From the NCBI RefSeq assembly GCF_006345805.1, contig NC_043021.1, positions 13,392,001 through 13,456,000 of the forward strand: a stretch of 64,000 bases of DNA. The letters are read 5' to 3'. Below the pieces are notes generated by a model. It made no database searches, was not told the DNA's origin, and saw only the letters and a list, made by a program, of their open reading frames with translations. The DNA is from Octopus sinensis (taxonomy: Eukaryota). Position numbers and translations under genes: made by a program. Numbering within the stretch: the stretch's first letter is position 1; every line of letters begins with the position of its first letter. Shown piece by piece: positions 11,356 through 24,500 of the stretch.

Positions 11356-11849
11356 TTAGAATGACATTGTAGGATAGGTGCAAGAGACTGGATCTGATCA
11401 GTTTCAATATAAGACATGTAGAACATTTTGGGTCGGATATGACCAGTTAAAGGGTTAAACAGCAACAAGCAGGCATTACAGGTCCGCCCTGTCAGACCTG
11501 ACCTAGGGTTAAACAGCAACAAACAATCCAGCAATCGCTACAGGTCCACTCTGTTCAGGACTGACCTAGGCTTCTACGACATCAGCAACATCAGCAACAA
11601 ATTGGGAAGCAGGCCAAACAACTAACCAATGACTGCTCCCTACCAGCAACTTGCGGCTTATCCTGCTCCCCACCTCACAGCACAACCAATCTCTCTTTAC
11701 TACGCCACTGCATTATCACTGCATCAGCACCACCGCCAGCACCACCACCACCACCGCCACCGCCAACGCCACGATCATTACTACCATCTTCAGACCATTA
11801 ACCTGCAGTCATGTTGGCACCAATGCAGCACTTGTTTGTGTTATGAATG

Positions 11850-12289
11850 TGTGTATATGTGTGTGTGTGTGTGTGTGCACATGTATGTGTGTGCATGTGT
11901 GTGTGTGTGCACATGTATGTGTGTGCATGTGTGTGTGTGTGCACATGTATGTGTGTGCATGTGTGTGTGTGCACATGTATGGTGTGCATGTGTGTGTGTG
12001 TGCACATGTATTGTGTGCATTGTGTGTGTGTGCACATGTATGTGTGTGCATGTGTGTGTGTGTGCACATGTATGTGTGTGCATGTGTGTGTGTGCACATG
12101 TATGTGTGTGCATGTGTGTGTGTGTGCACATGTATGTGTGTGCATGTGTGTGTGTGTGCACATGTATGTGTGTGCATGTGTGTGTGTGTGCACATGTATG
12201 TGTGTGCATGTGTGTGTGTGTGCACATGTATGTGTGTGCATGTGTGTGTGTGTGCACATGTATGTGTGTGCATGTGTGTGTGTGTGTGT
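11850..12289. repeat. ~32-bp minisatellite GCACATGTATGTGTGTGCAT(GT)n
   Basis: About 13 tandem units built on a (GT)n background. Confidence 0.95.
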
Positions 12290-12467
12290 ACAGTGAGACA
12301 GAGAGAGGGGAAAGAAACAGATAGCTAGAGATATTGTTAAATTGAAAGAAAGGATATTTGACATCAATCAGATTATTAAAGAGAGAACCAGTATGTACTT
12401 GAAAGGCTGAAAGGACAGATGGTCCACCACAAAGATAAGTCTCACGCACACACACACACACACACAT

Positions 12468-13112
12468 TCTTTTACTCTTTCACTTGTTTCAGTCATTTGA
12501 CTGCGGCCATGCTGGAGCACTGCCCTAAAGAGTCAAAGAGATCGACCCCCCAGGACTTATTCCTTGTAAACCCAGTACTTATTCTATCAGTCTCTTTTGC
12601 CAAACCGCTAAGTTACAGGGATGTAAACACACCAGCATCGGTTGTCAGGTGGTGGCAAAGGGACAAACACAGACCCATACACACAGATATCATAATCATA
12701 ATATAGGCACAGGAGTGGCTGTGTGGTAAGTAGCTTGCTTACCAACCACATGGTTCCGGGTTCAGTCCCACTGCGTGGCATCTTGGGCAAGTGTCTTCTG
12801 CTATAGCCTCGGGCCGACCAAAGCCTTGTGAGTGGATTTGGTAGATGGAAACTGAAAGAAGCTTGTCGTATATATGTATATATATATATGTATGTGTGTG
12901 TGTTTGAGTGTCTGTGTTTGTCCCCCTAGCATTGCTTGACAACCGATGCTGGTGTGTTTACGTCCCCATCACTTAGCAGTTCGGCAAAAGAGACCGATAG
13001 AATAAGTACTGGGCTTACAAAGAATAAGTACCGGGGTCGATTTGCTCAACTAAAGGCGATGCTCCAGTATGGCCGCAGTCAAATGACTGAAACAAGTAAA
13101 AGAGTAAAGAGT
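12468..13112. mobile_element. Inverted pair of family A SINEs (12468-12690 minus tail half; 12706-13112 plus, full length)
   Basis: Tail motif present on both strands about 220 bp apart. Confidence 0.85.
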
Positions 13113-13439
13113 ATAATCATCATTTAACGTCCGTTTTCCATGCTGGCATGGGTTGGAAGGTTTGACTGGGGACCGCACCAGGTCCCAATCTGATCTGGTA
13201 ACGTTTCTACAGCTGGATGCTCTTCCTGATGCCAACCACTCCGAGAGCACAGTGGGTGCTTTTTACGTGCCACACATCAGGCGTTGACGTGATCGCAGAG
13301 CAACACAAGATGAAATGGTTTGCACAAAATGCAACACACCACCCAGAATCCAACTGGGCTAAACACTTACCCATCAATTCCAGCCAAATTTCAGTGAGAA
13401 TGAATTCTTAACACTTCATTGTAGGATAAATATTCTTTA

Positions 13440-13673
13440 TTTATTTCTTTATTGCCCACAAGGGGCTGAACACAGAGGGGACAAACAAGGACAGACAAAC
13501 GGATTAAGTCGATTACATCGACCCCAGTGTGAAACTGGTACTTAATTTATCGACCCCGAAAGGATGAAAGGCAAAGTCGACCTCGGCGGAATTTGAGCTC
13601 AGAACACAGCGGCAGACGAAATACCACAAAGCATTTCGCCCGGCGTGCTAACGTTTCTGCCAACTCGCCGCCT
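13440..13673 (-). mobile_element. tRNA-derived Meta-core-like SINE (family M), young copy
   Basis: Minus: GGCGGCGAGTTGGCAGAAACGTTAGCAC...GCCTTTCATCCTTTCGGGGTCGATAAATTAAGTACCAG...GTGGGCAATAAAGAAATAA. Near-identical to 32621-32850. Confidence 0.85.
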
Positions 13674-14090
13674 TATAAATATTCTTTATTTGTGTGTTAA
13701 CTAGACCACCATTGGTTTCATGCTGAGAAAGATATCTCTCAACAATTATTCAAGTCTGTCACATGGGACAGTGGTGTTTGTCCCTAACTTGGGCAAAAAC
13801 ACCTTAAATCATGTGAGATTTATATATGTATACACACACACATATATATAGACATATTTGTGTATGCAATTATATATATATAGACACACACACAAGTAAT
13901 GTACGTGTATTATGTATATAATGCATATGCATGTGTACGTATATAAAACGAACACTTCAATTACTTGAGACTACTGTGTAATGTCTATTCACATAAGAAA
14001 GAAAGAAATTTCATAATTTTGTAAAGAAAAAATATTACAACTCATGTTGAAAGATCTATTAAACATTTTTTTTTTCACATCACACTCAAC

Positions 14091-14125
<35 letters not shown>

Positions 14126-14346
14126 GCTGCTGAGGATGGAAGAGCCTTTGGGCAGATCCAGAAATGAGTTAATACTGGAATATCTATTTTATTTATAATT
14201 TCCGTTGGCTTGTTGCATTGAATTCAGCACATGTGTCTTTGAGTGGTGAGACCATTTAGCATCTATTCCTCAGTATATAGGCTAGAAAATTTCCTTTCTA
14301 AGCCCTGATTATAATTATATATATACATACATATATATAATTATAT

Positions 14347-14391
<45 letters not shown>

Positions 14392-14395
14392 ATAG

Positions 14396-14426
<31 letters not shown>

Positions 14427-14509
14427 CCTCTCTGTTTGTTTCTTCTTCATTCTCATTCACTTACAATTCTCTCCATTGTACTGAATTGTATGCTATCACT
14501 ATCTCTGTC

Positions 14510-15490
14510 TTATGCACACGCGCGCACACACACACACAACACACATGCACACACACACACACACACACACACACAGCACACACACACACACACAATTGTT
14601 ACTTTACCTCAACTCTCTCTCTCTCTCTCTGTACCCCTCTCCCTCTGCTCTGCCTTTCTCTGTCTCTCTGTCTCTTCCTCATTCTTTTTCTCACTCTCTT
14701 ACTCTTTCACTCACAATTCATACACACACACACAAACACACAAACATACACACACACACATGCACACAGAGTTACTCTCCCTTCCCCACTCTTTCCTCTC
14801 TCTCTCTCTCTCTGCTGTCTATCTCTTTGCCTCTTTGCCTCTTCCTCATTCTCTCTCTCCCTTTTACTCTTTCAATCACAATTCGCACACACTCACACAC
14901 ACACACTGTCACTCTCCCTCCCCCTCTTTCCCATTCAAATTCCTTCCCTCTTTCTAATTTACTTCTCTCTATTTTTCATTCATTCCTTCACTCTCTTTTC
15001 TTCACACACCACACACACACACACACATGCACACACACCACACACACACACACACGCACGCACACACACACACACAATTGTTACTTTACCTTCAACTCTC
15101 TCTCTCTCTCTCTGTACCCCTCTCCCTCTGCTCTGCCTTTCTCTGTCTCTCTGTCTCTTCCTCATTCTTTTTCTCACTCTCTTACTCTTTCACTCACAAT
15201 TCATACACACACACACAAACACACAAACATACACACACACACATGCACACAGAGTTACTCTCCCTTCCCCACTCTTTCTCTCTCTCTCTCTCTCTGCTGT
15301 CTATCTCTTTGCCTCTTCCTCATTCTCTCTCTCCCTTTTACTCTTTCAATCACAATTCGCACACACTCACACACACACACTGTCACTCTCCCTCCCCCTC
15401 TTTCCCATTCAAATTCCTTCCCTCTTTCTAATTTACTTCTCTCTATTTTTCATTCATTCCTTCACTCTCTTTTCTTCACACACACACACA
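14510..15490. repeat. Tandem duplication of a ~485-bp (CA)n/(CT)n-rich unit
   Basis: CAATTGTTACTTTACC...TTTTCTTCACA occurs at ~14592-15006 and ~15075-15480. Confidence 0.9.
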
Positions 15491-15579
15491 CACATACAAA
15501 TGCTTACACAAACATATAACCACCCATATACAAACATACGCACAAACAAACACACAAATACACACACACACACTCACAC

Positions 15580-15622
15580 ACACATACATTCAAATTCCCA
15601 AAAATGCAAACATGTATAATTG

Positions 15623-15662
<40 letters not shown>

Positions 15663-15867
15663 GACTTATACACTCACACACACACACAGACTTATACACT
15701 CACACACACATACATTCAAATTCACAAAAATGTAAACATGTATAATTGTATATATATATATACACACACACAGAGACTTATACACTCACACACACACACA
15801 GACTTATACACTCACACACACATACATTCAAATTCACAAAAATGTAAACATGTATAATTGTATATAT

Positions 15868-15902
<35 letters not shown>

Positions 15903-16518
15903 TTATACACTCACACACACACACAGACTTATACACTCACACACACATACATTCAAATTCACAAAAATGTAAACATGTATATTGTATATATATATATACA
16001 CACACACACCACACAGACTTATACACTCACACACACACACAACTTATACACTCACACACACACACAGACTTATACACTCACACACACATACATTCAAATT
16101 CCCAAAAATGCAAACATGTATAATTGTATATATATATATACACACACCACACACACACACAGACTTATACACTCACACACCACACACAGACTTATACACT
16201 CACACACACATACATTCAAATTCACAAAAATGTAAACATGTATAATTGTATATATTATACACACACACACACACACAACACACACACACACAACTTATAC
16301 ACACACACACACACAAACATACACACACACACACACACATACATTCAAATTCACAAAAATGTAAACATGTATAATTGTATATATATATATACACACACAC
16401 ACCACAGACTTATACACTCACACACACACACAGACTTATACACTCACACACACACACAGACTTATACACTCACACACACATACATTCAAATTCCCAAAAA
16501 TGCAAACATGTATAATTG

Positions 16519-16554
<36 letters not shown>

Positions 16555-16625
16555 GACTTATACACTCACACACACATACATTCAAATTCACAAAAATGCA
16601 AACATGTATGATTGTATATATACAC
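15580..16625. repeat. Higher-order satellite (~110-140-bp units)
   Basis: About nine copies of CATTCAAATTCACAAAAATGTAAACATGTATAATTG, separated by (TA)n(CA)n and 1-3 AGACTTATACACTCAC subunits. Confidence 0.9.
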
Positions 16626-17194
16626 ATATACACACACACATACAGATACACGAAACACACATACATATAAACACATATACACATCTAGGCAAACACACAC
16701 AAACACAAACATGAATACACACAAACACACAAAACCAAATACACTTACATGCAAACACACACACACCACACAGATACAAGCACACAATCACACACACACA
16801 CACACACACAAATATACAAATACATATACACACTTATACACATAATTTATAGGGTTTTTTGCTGTTTTCTCTGTTTTATACAGGTTTTTTTTTCTTTGAA
16901 TTATGAAATATTTTTTAATTTTAGTTCCATAAACATCCTCTGGGCCAGTGGTGGTGGTGGTGGGGGAGTCAGCATTGCATACCAAGTCAAGTCAGTGTCA
17001 AGAAATGTCAGAATTAGGTAATTTGGTAAGTAACCTTTGACCTTTGTCACACATATTTGCCAAATTTGTCAAGTAAAATGGCACATAAAAAAACAAAAGA
17101 TTTATAAAAAATTTTTTTAAATTAAAAAACAATGGATGACAGTAAGAAATAGGTTCCACTGTTATATTATGGTGAGGTATTTGGAGTAAACAAC

Positions 17195-17225
17195 AAGAGA
17201 GAGACCGAAAGAGATGGAGAGAGAA

Positions 17226-17266
<41 letters not shown>

Positions 17267-17431
17267 AAGTATCAGAGAAAGAAAAAGAGAGAGAGAAAGA
17301 GAGATACACATATACAGAGAAAGAGAGAGAGAGGCTGAGAGAGAGACTGGCAGACAGACAGAAAAATGGACTGATAGAGAGAGAGATGGAGAGACAGACA
17401 CTGAGAGAGAGAGAGATGGAGAGACAGACAC

Positions 17432-17462
<31 letters not shown>

Positions 17463-17762
17463 TAGACATACATAATGTGATGCAGAAAGATACATACATA
17501 CATAGAGAGAGAGAGAGGGGGAACAGGGACAGAGAGAGACTGACAGACACAGATAAACAAAAAGAGACAGACAGACAGACTGATACGTAGATAGGTAAAG
17601 AGACAGAGTGTAGAGAGAGAGAGAGAGAGAGAGATACTTAGATGGACAGACAGACCAAGAGAGACACAGAGATGGGCAGAGACATACAGACAAAAAAGAC
17701 AGACAGACAGACAGACAGATGCACACAGACAGGCAGACATAAACACACACACACACACATAC
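17195..17762. repeat. (GA)n/(GACA)n low-complexity tract
   Basis: Purine-rich microsatellite mosaic. Confidence 0.95.
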
Positions 17763-18211
17763 AGAATAGCAAGTGTTAGATAAAACCAATCACACACACA
17801 CACACACACACTCAACTGATACTTTGTTTTATAGACCCTGAAAGAACTAAAGGCAAAAGTTGCCCTCTGCAGGATTTGAACTCAGAATGTAAAGAACAAG
17901 AACGATTGGCACAGAGCATCTTTTTCTGATGCTCTAACGATTCTGCCAACGTAAAAACCACAACAACAATTAGAACCACAGCATGGAGAACAACAACAAC
18001 AGCCATAACTACAACAACATCAACAGCAAAAACGAGAACAACAATCTTTTATCTTTTGCTTGCATCAGTCACTAGGCTGCGGCCATGCTGGGGCACCACC
18101 TTGAGGAATTTTTGTTGAATTTATCGACCCCCTAGTACTTATGATTTTTTTTGTAAAGCCAGGTACTTATTCTATTGGTCTCTTTTGCCAAACCGCTAAG
18201 TTACAGGAACG

Positions 18212-18592
18212 CGCCTTGTTTCCCTGGGCATGGATTCACTGAAGCTCTGGCGTCTGGCGACGGACTTGGTAAACACCCACAAAGTTATCAACTACCTCAC
18301 CAACAACAACACTGAACACCTTTTTGATCTCCATGTGTCTAACACACGTAGACATGCCTACAAAGTCAGAAAACAACACAGCTCCCATGACTTTCGGAAA
18401 CATTTTTTCACGCTCAGAGTTGCTGAAGCATGGAATAAACTGCCTGCGTGAGTTGTTGACTGCCATGACACTGCATCCTTTAAGGCCCTCATGCTTTCCG
18501 AAATCCGCCGAGACTACACCTGATTATATATACACTTTAGATGAGTTGTAGTGCACCTGAGCACTGTACACAATATTATTATTATTATTATT
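18212..18592 (+). mobile_element. CR1/L2-group LINE, 5'-truncated ORF2 C-terminus plus 3' tail, inserted into a minus-strand family A SINE
   Basis: Translates ...SNTRRHAYKVRKQHSSHDFRKHFFTLRVAEAWNKLPA*VVDCHDTASFK (the FFxxRVxxxWNxLP motif). (ATT)n tail. SINE halves at 18045-18211 and 18593-18645. Confidence 0.85.
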
Positions 18593-18661
18593 ATAAACAC
18601 ACCAAAACCAGTTGTCAAACAAGGTGGACAAAGCCATACACAAAGACACACACACACACAT

Positions 18662-18716
<55 letters not shown>

Positions 18717-19384
18717 GGCACAGGCATGGCTGTGTGGTAAGAAGCTTGCTTCCCAACCACATTGTTTCAGGTTCAGTCCTACAGTGTGGCACCTCGGGCA
18801 AGTATCTTCTACTATAGCCCCAGGCCGACCGAAACCTTGTGAGTGGATTTGATAGGCTAAAGTTTCCATCATGTGTGTATATGTGTGCATAAGGGCTTGT
18901 GCCTCCTAACAGAGAGGAGGGAACATATACACACACATACACACACACACATATATATATATATGATGGGATTCTTTCAGTTTTTATCCGCCCAGTTCTC
19001 TCACAAAGGACTGGTCATTTTGCAAGACTATAGTAGAAGACATTTCCTCGAGGTACCATGCAGTGGGATTGAACCTGAAACCATGTGGTTGTAAAGCAGG
19101 TTTCTTAACAACTACACAGCTATGCCTGCATCTATAAATTCATTTAAAAAAAACATCTTTACTTGATAAAACAAGTTGAGATTATGTTAGGAGGCGGGGG
19201 GGGGGAAGGGTATTGGTGGGGGGGGACAGAGTGAGATGGGGGCTGGGGAAGGGGAGAAAGACAGTATTGTAGATGTGTGGGTGGGGTGGAGCCGAGTGGT
19301 GATGAAGAGCCTCTTTTAAGACATGTTGGAGCCAAATATCTGTCTAAACAAATCAGTGAGTTTCTCTTTTAAATCAATTACTGC

Positions 19385-20015
19385 TACCACTCCTCTCTTA
19401 TCATTTGTACCACCATCACCACCGCCAATACCACTACCACAACAAACACCACCGCTACTCCCACTACCGACACTGTCATCACCACCATCACCATCGCCAA
19501 TACCACAACCAGCACTACCATCATCACCACCGTCACCACCACTACAACAACCAATACCACCACAACCAACACCAACACCGCCATTACCATTACCACAAAT
19601 ACCATCACTACCAACACTATCACCACCATCATCCCCACCACCATCACCACAACCAGCACTACCATCATCACCACCATCACCACCACCACAACAACCAACA
19701 CCAACACCACCACCATTACCACAAATACTATCACTACCAACACTATCACCACCATCATCATCACCACTAACAACAACAACAACAGCAGCACCACCACCAC
19801 CACTACCACCAATACCATTATCACTATAATCATTGACTACAGCAACTATCGACCCCACCCTGCCATTATCACCACCAGCACTGCTAACACAACAACCAGT
19901 ACCACTAACACCACCACCATCACCACCACTACTACACCATCACTGTCATTATCATCAATGCATGCAATACAACCAACCAGCACCACCACCACCACTACAA
20001 TCATCACCACAACTA
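19385..20015. repeat. (CAC/CAA/TAC)n trinucleotide low-complexity tract
   Basis: Degenerate triplets with an internal duplication. Similar tracts at 20430-20825, 31680-32620, 35590-35915, 55480-55850, 57590-57860. Confidence 0.9.
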
Positions 20016-20017
20016 TA

Positions 20018-20425
20018 TAGGTGCAGGCATGGCTGTGTGGTAAGAAGGTTGCTTCCCAACCACATGGTTCCAGGTTCAGTCCTACTACATGGCACCTTGG
20101 GCTAATGTCTTCTACTATAACCTTGAGTCAACCAAAGCCTTGTAAGTGGACTTGTAAGATGGAAACTGAAAGAAGCCCACTGTATATGTATCTGCATGTG
20201 TGTGTGTGTGTGTGTGTTTATTCCCCACTGCCACTTGACAATTGGTGTTGGTGTGTTTATGTCCCTGTAACTTAATGGTTGAGCAAAAGAGACCAATACA
20301 TGAAGTAAAAGGCTTACAAGGAAAAAAAAAAAACTGGGGTCAATGGATTCAGCTAAAATTCTTCAAGTTGGTGCTCCAGCATGGCCTTAGCCTAATGACT
20401 GACAGAAGTAAAAGATAAAAGATAA
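20018..20425 (+). mobile_element. Family A SINE, diverged full length
   Basis: Head, core, microsatellite and tail ending AAGTAAAAGATAAAAGATAAA. Confidence 0.8.
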
Positions 20426-21780
20426 ATATCACCACCACCACCACCATCTTTATCATTGCCATTACCACCACTACTACAACCTTACATTGATCACCACCAA
20501 CACTACCATCACTATTACAACAACCACCATGACCACACTTAACATTATCATCACTGCCACCACCACCACAACCACTATCACCACCACCACCACCACCATC
20601 ACCACTACCGCTACTATTATGGCAACCACCATGACCACACTTAACGTTATAATCTTCGCCACTGCCATCACCACCACCACTACTACTACTACTACCACTA
20701 TCATCTTCCCCACCACCACCTTACACTGATCCACCACCTTACACTGATCCACCACCACTACCACCTCCATCACCGCCGCCGCCACTATCTTTGCAATCAC
20801 CAATACCACCACCACCACCACCATCTAGTTTTAATGAAATTATGTAATAAGACTTGAAGGAGCAATTTTCAACATGCATGCATTGTGTAGGTGTTTGTGT
20901 ATGTATAAATGTATGCGTGTGTGTGTGTGTGAGAGAGAGTGTATGTGTGTGTGTGAGAGAGAGAGAGTGTGGGTGTGTGAGAGAGAGAGTGTGTGTGTGT
21001 GAGAGAGAGAGTGTAGGTGTATGAGAGAGAGTGTGTGTGTGAGTGTGTTTAAGTGTAGATACTGATGTGTGTGTGTGTGTAAAGATGTACATGCATGTAT
21101 GTAGATGTATGTGTGTGTGGGTGTACATGTGTATATGTATGAATATGTGGATAGACGTATATATGTGTGTGTGTATACAGATGTAGATGTGTATGTGTGT
21201 GTATAATAATAGATATTTGCATATGAGCAGATGTGTGTAAGTTTGCAGATATAGATGTGTGTATACATATATGCATGTGTTTGTGTGTGTGTGTGTGTGT
21301 GTCTATATATATACACATGTGTGTACGTATAAGCAAATCTGTGAGTGTGTGGGTGTAAATATATGCATGTGTGTGTGTGTATATATATGTGAGTGTTTAT
21401 AAATGTGTGAAAGTGTTGTGTGTGTGTGTGTGTATAAATATATGAAAGTGTATGTGTGTGTATATATGTGAGTGTGTATAAAATATATGAAATTGTTGTG
21501 TGTGTGTGTATAAATATTTGAAAGTGTACGTGTGTGTACATATAATCAAGTTTCTGTGTGTGTGTATACATATAAGCAAGTGTGTATATGAGAGGGTGTA
21601 AATATATGCAAGAGTGTGTGTGTGTGTGTGTCTGATTTGTGTGTGGTGAGAGGAGGAGAGTGAAGTAGGAGGGGGTATACATGAAACAGAACACAAGTAT
21701 ATAATTCATTTTGTTACAAACAACAGACAATAGCAAATAAATGGTAAATATAGCCAGACATTGAGATGAATATAAAATAT

Positions 21781-21998
21781 TGGTTTCAAACTTTGACACA
21801 AGGCCAGCAAGGGGAGAGGGCGAGGGAGTAAATCAATTACATCAATCCCCAGTATTCTACTGGTACTTAATTTTCTGACCCCTGAAAAGATGAAAAGCAA
21901 AGCTGACCTTGGCAGGATTTGAACTCAGAACGTGAAGACAGACGAAATGCTGCTAAGCATTTTTCCCAGCTTGCTAATAATTCTGTCTGCTCGCCGCC

Positions 21999-22042
<44 letters not shown>

Positions 22043-22256
22043 CCTTTCTACAACAGGCACGAGGTCTGGCATTTTGGGGGAGGGTGTCCAGTTGATTACG
22101 TCGACCCCAGTGCGTAACTGGTACTTAATTTATCGACTCTGAAATGATAAAAGACAAAGTCGACCTCAGTCGAATTTGAACTCAGAACGGAGCGACAGGC
22201 GAAATAAAGCTAAACATTTCCTCCAGCATGCTAACGATTCTGCTAGCTCACCACCT

Positions 22257-22291
<35 letters not shown>

Positions 22292-23213
22292 CCTTTTTAC
22301 TATAGGCACAAGGCCCAAAATTTTGGTGGAGGGGGCTAGTCAATTAGCTCAACTCCAGTACACAACTGGTACTTAATTTATCGATCCCCCTCCCAAAGGA
22401 TGAAAAGAAAAGTATGGAATAGAAATAAAAGGAACAAGAAAAATTGAACAGCTACAATGATTTGAAGTGGGAAATATGAAGGTTGTAGTCAATGAGGAGA
22501 GTAGCTGCAATGCCAATAGTAATTGGTGTACTTGGAAGTATCAGCACTCAACTACCGACATGGCTCAAAAATATTGGTACAAATGTAAAGATAGAACAGC
22601 TTCAAAAATCAGCATTGCTTGGAACTGCAAGAATTCTTCACAGGGTTCTTGAAGCATGACCAGTAAACAAATGTCACCTTAGTCTGCTGGTTGCGGACAA
22701 CTGACATTTTCCATCATATCCAGCAAAATAAGCCGAGAGTTTTCATCAAATAGTAATGGTTTCAAATTTTGGCACAAGGCCAGCAAGTTCAGGGGTCTTG
22801 GGAAAGTCAATTACATCGACCCCCCCCCCCGACCCCCGGGTTCAACTAGTAATTTATTTTATCAACCCCTGAAAGGATGGAAGGCAAAGTTGATCTCAGC
22901 AGAATTTCAATTCGGAATGTAAGATGAATGAAATACCACTAAGCATGTTAACAGTTGTGCCAGCTTACTGCCTTCTTAACAGCTAATAATACTGGTTTCG
23001 AATTTTGACACAAGGCCAGTAAGTTCGAGGCGGGGGGGGGGTAAGTCAGTCGCATCGATCCAGTATTCAAGTGATAGTCATTTTATCAACTGACCCCAAA
23101 AGGATGAAAGGCAAAGTTGAACCCGGAGGAAGATGGACTCAGAACATAAAAATGGACAAAATGCTGCTAAGCATTTTGTCTGGTGTACTAACGGTTCTGC
23201 CAGCTCACTGCCT
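21781..23213 (-). mobile_element. Head-to-tail cluster of five family M SINEs, some separated by (TAA)n
   Basis: Copies at ~21781-22000, 22040-22257, 22290-22410, 22757-22975, 22992-23213, all in the same orientation. Confidence 0.8.
22428..22755 (+). pseudogene. R4/Dong-clade LINE C-terminal (restriction-like endonuclease) remnant
   Basis: KEQEKLNSYNDLKWEI*RL*SMRRVAAMPIVIGVLGSISTQLPTWLKNIGTNVKIEQLQKSALLGTARILHRVLEA*. Confidence 0.8.
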
Positions 23214-23345
23214 TAGATCAGTATATGATATTGACATGAATACACAGACACACCCAGATATATATACATATTTACACACCCATATACATATATGTGTATA
23301 AATACATACAGATATATACATATATACACAGCCATATACATACAT

Positions 23346-23376
<31 letters not shown>

Positions 23377-23393
23377 ATATATATATATATACG

Positions 23394-23486
23394 TCTGTAA
23401 ATGTAATATGTGGCAATTATTCGGTAGCTATGATAAAACTCTGGTATCATGGCTACCGAATAATTGTCACATATTACATTTACAGA
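23394..23486. repeat. 42-bp fold-back hairpin with 9-nt loop inside (TA)n
   Basis: 23394-23435 versus 23445-23486: 40 Watson-Crick pairs plus 2 G:U on the plus strand. Confidence 0.9.
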
Positions 23487-23819
23487 TAAATTCCTCTATT
23501 TACATAATATTGAGGTCTCTTTCATTCTTTTGTTGTCTTACCATTTTTATCAATATATATATATATATATATAGTTAATCCAAACAAGAAAACACAAAAA
23601 ACACACACACACACAAATATATATATATATGCATAAATATACAGAGATATAAATATAAACTAAAGGCAGTGCTCCAGCATGGCCACAGTCAAATGACTGA
23701 AACAAGTAAAAGAATAATATATACATATATACACACACACACATATATACAAGCTAAAGTGAAATAAAGAATTTGGTGCCTACCAGCAACAGAGCAAAAA
23801 TTGTCAACAACCTTCTTCT

Positions 23820-24500
23820 CTTTTATCTTTTACTTGTTTCAGTCATACTGACTGTGGCCATGCTGGGGCACCACCTTGAAGGTTTTTTTTTCTTCAGTCA
23901 AACAAATTGACCTCAGGACATTTTTTTTTAAAACCTAGTACTTATTCTATTTGGTCCTTTCTGCAGATCCACTAAGCTATGGGGATGTAAACACACCAAC
24001 TCTAGTTGACAAGCAGTGGTTGGGGGAAGGGGCCAGGCACAGACACAAAGACACACAGACACACATAGATATATGCAAAGACTGTATGTAGGAGTGGCTG
24101 TGTGGTAAGTAGCTTGCTTACCAACCACATGGTTCCAGGTTCAGTCCCACTGCATGACACCTTGAGCAAGTGTCTTTTACTATAGCCTCAGGTCGACCAA
24201 AGCCTTGAGTGGATTTGGTAGGCAGAAACTGAAAGAAGCCCGTCGTATAAATGCATATATGTATGTCTGTGTGTGTGTATGTTTGTGTGTCTGTGCTTGT
24301 CCCCCCCACCCCCAACACCGCTTGACGACCGATGTTGGTGTGTTTACGTCACCGTAACACAGCGGTTCGGCAAAAGAGACCAATAGAATAAGTACTAGGC
24401 TTACAAAGAATAAGTCCTGCGGGTCGATTTGCTCGACTAAAGGCAGTGCTTCAGCATGGTCACAGTGAAATGACTGAAACAGGTAAAGGAGTAAAAGAGT
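23820..24500. mobile_element. Inverted pair of family A SINEs (23820-24065 minus; 24089-24500 plus)
   Basis: Tail motif on both strands. Confidence 0.85.

Noticed and set aside
14125-14229. Hammerhead-like CTGAGGA-TGGA...TCCA-GAAA with possible stem I TGCTG/CAGCA
   Set aside because: Stem III would have only ~2 bp closing a ~55-nt loop and there is no mobile-element context. Probably chance, though cheap to test.
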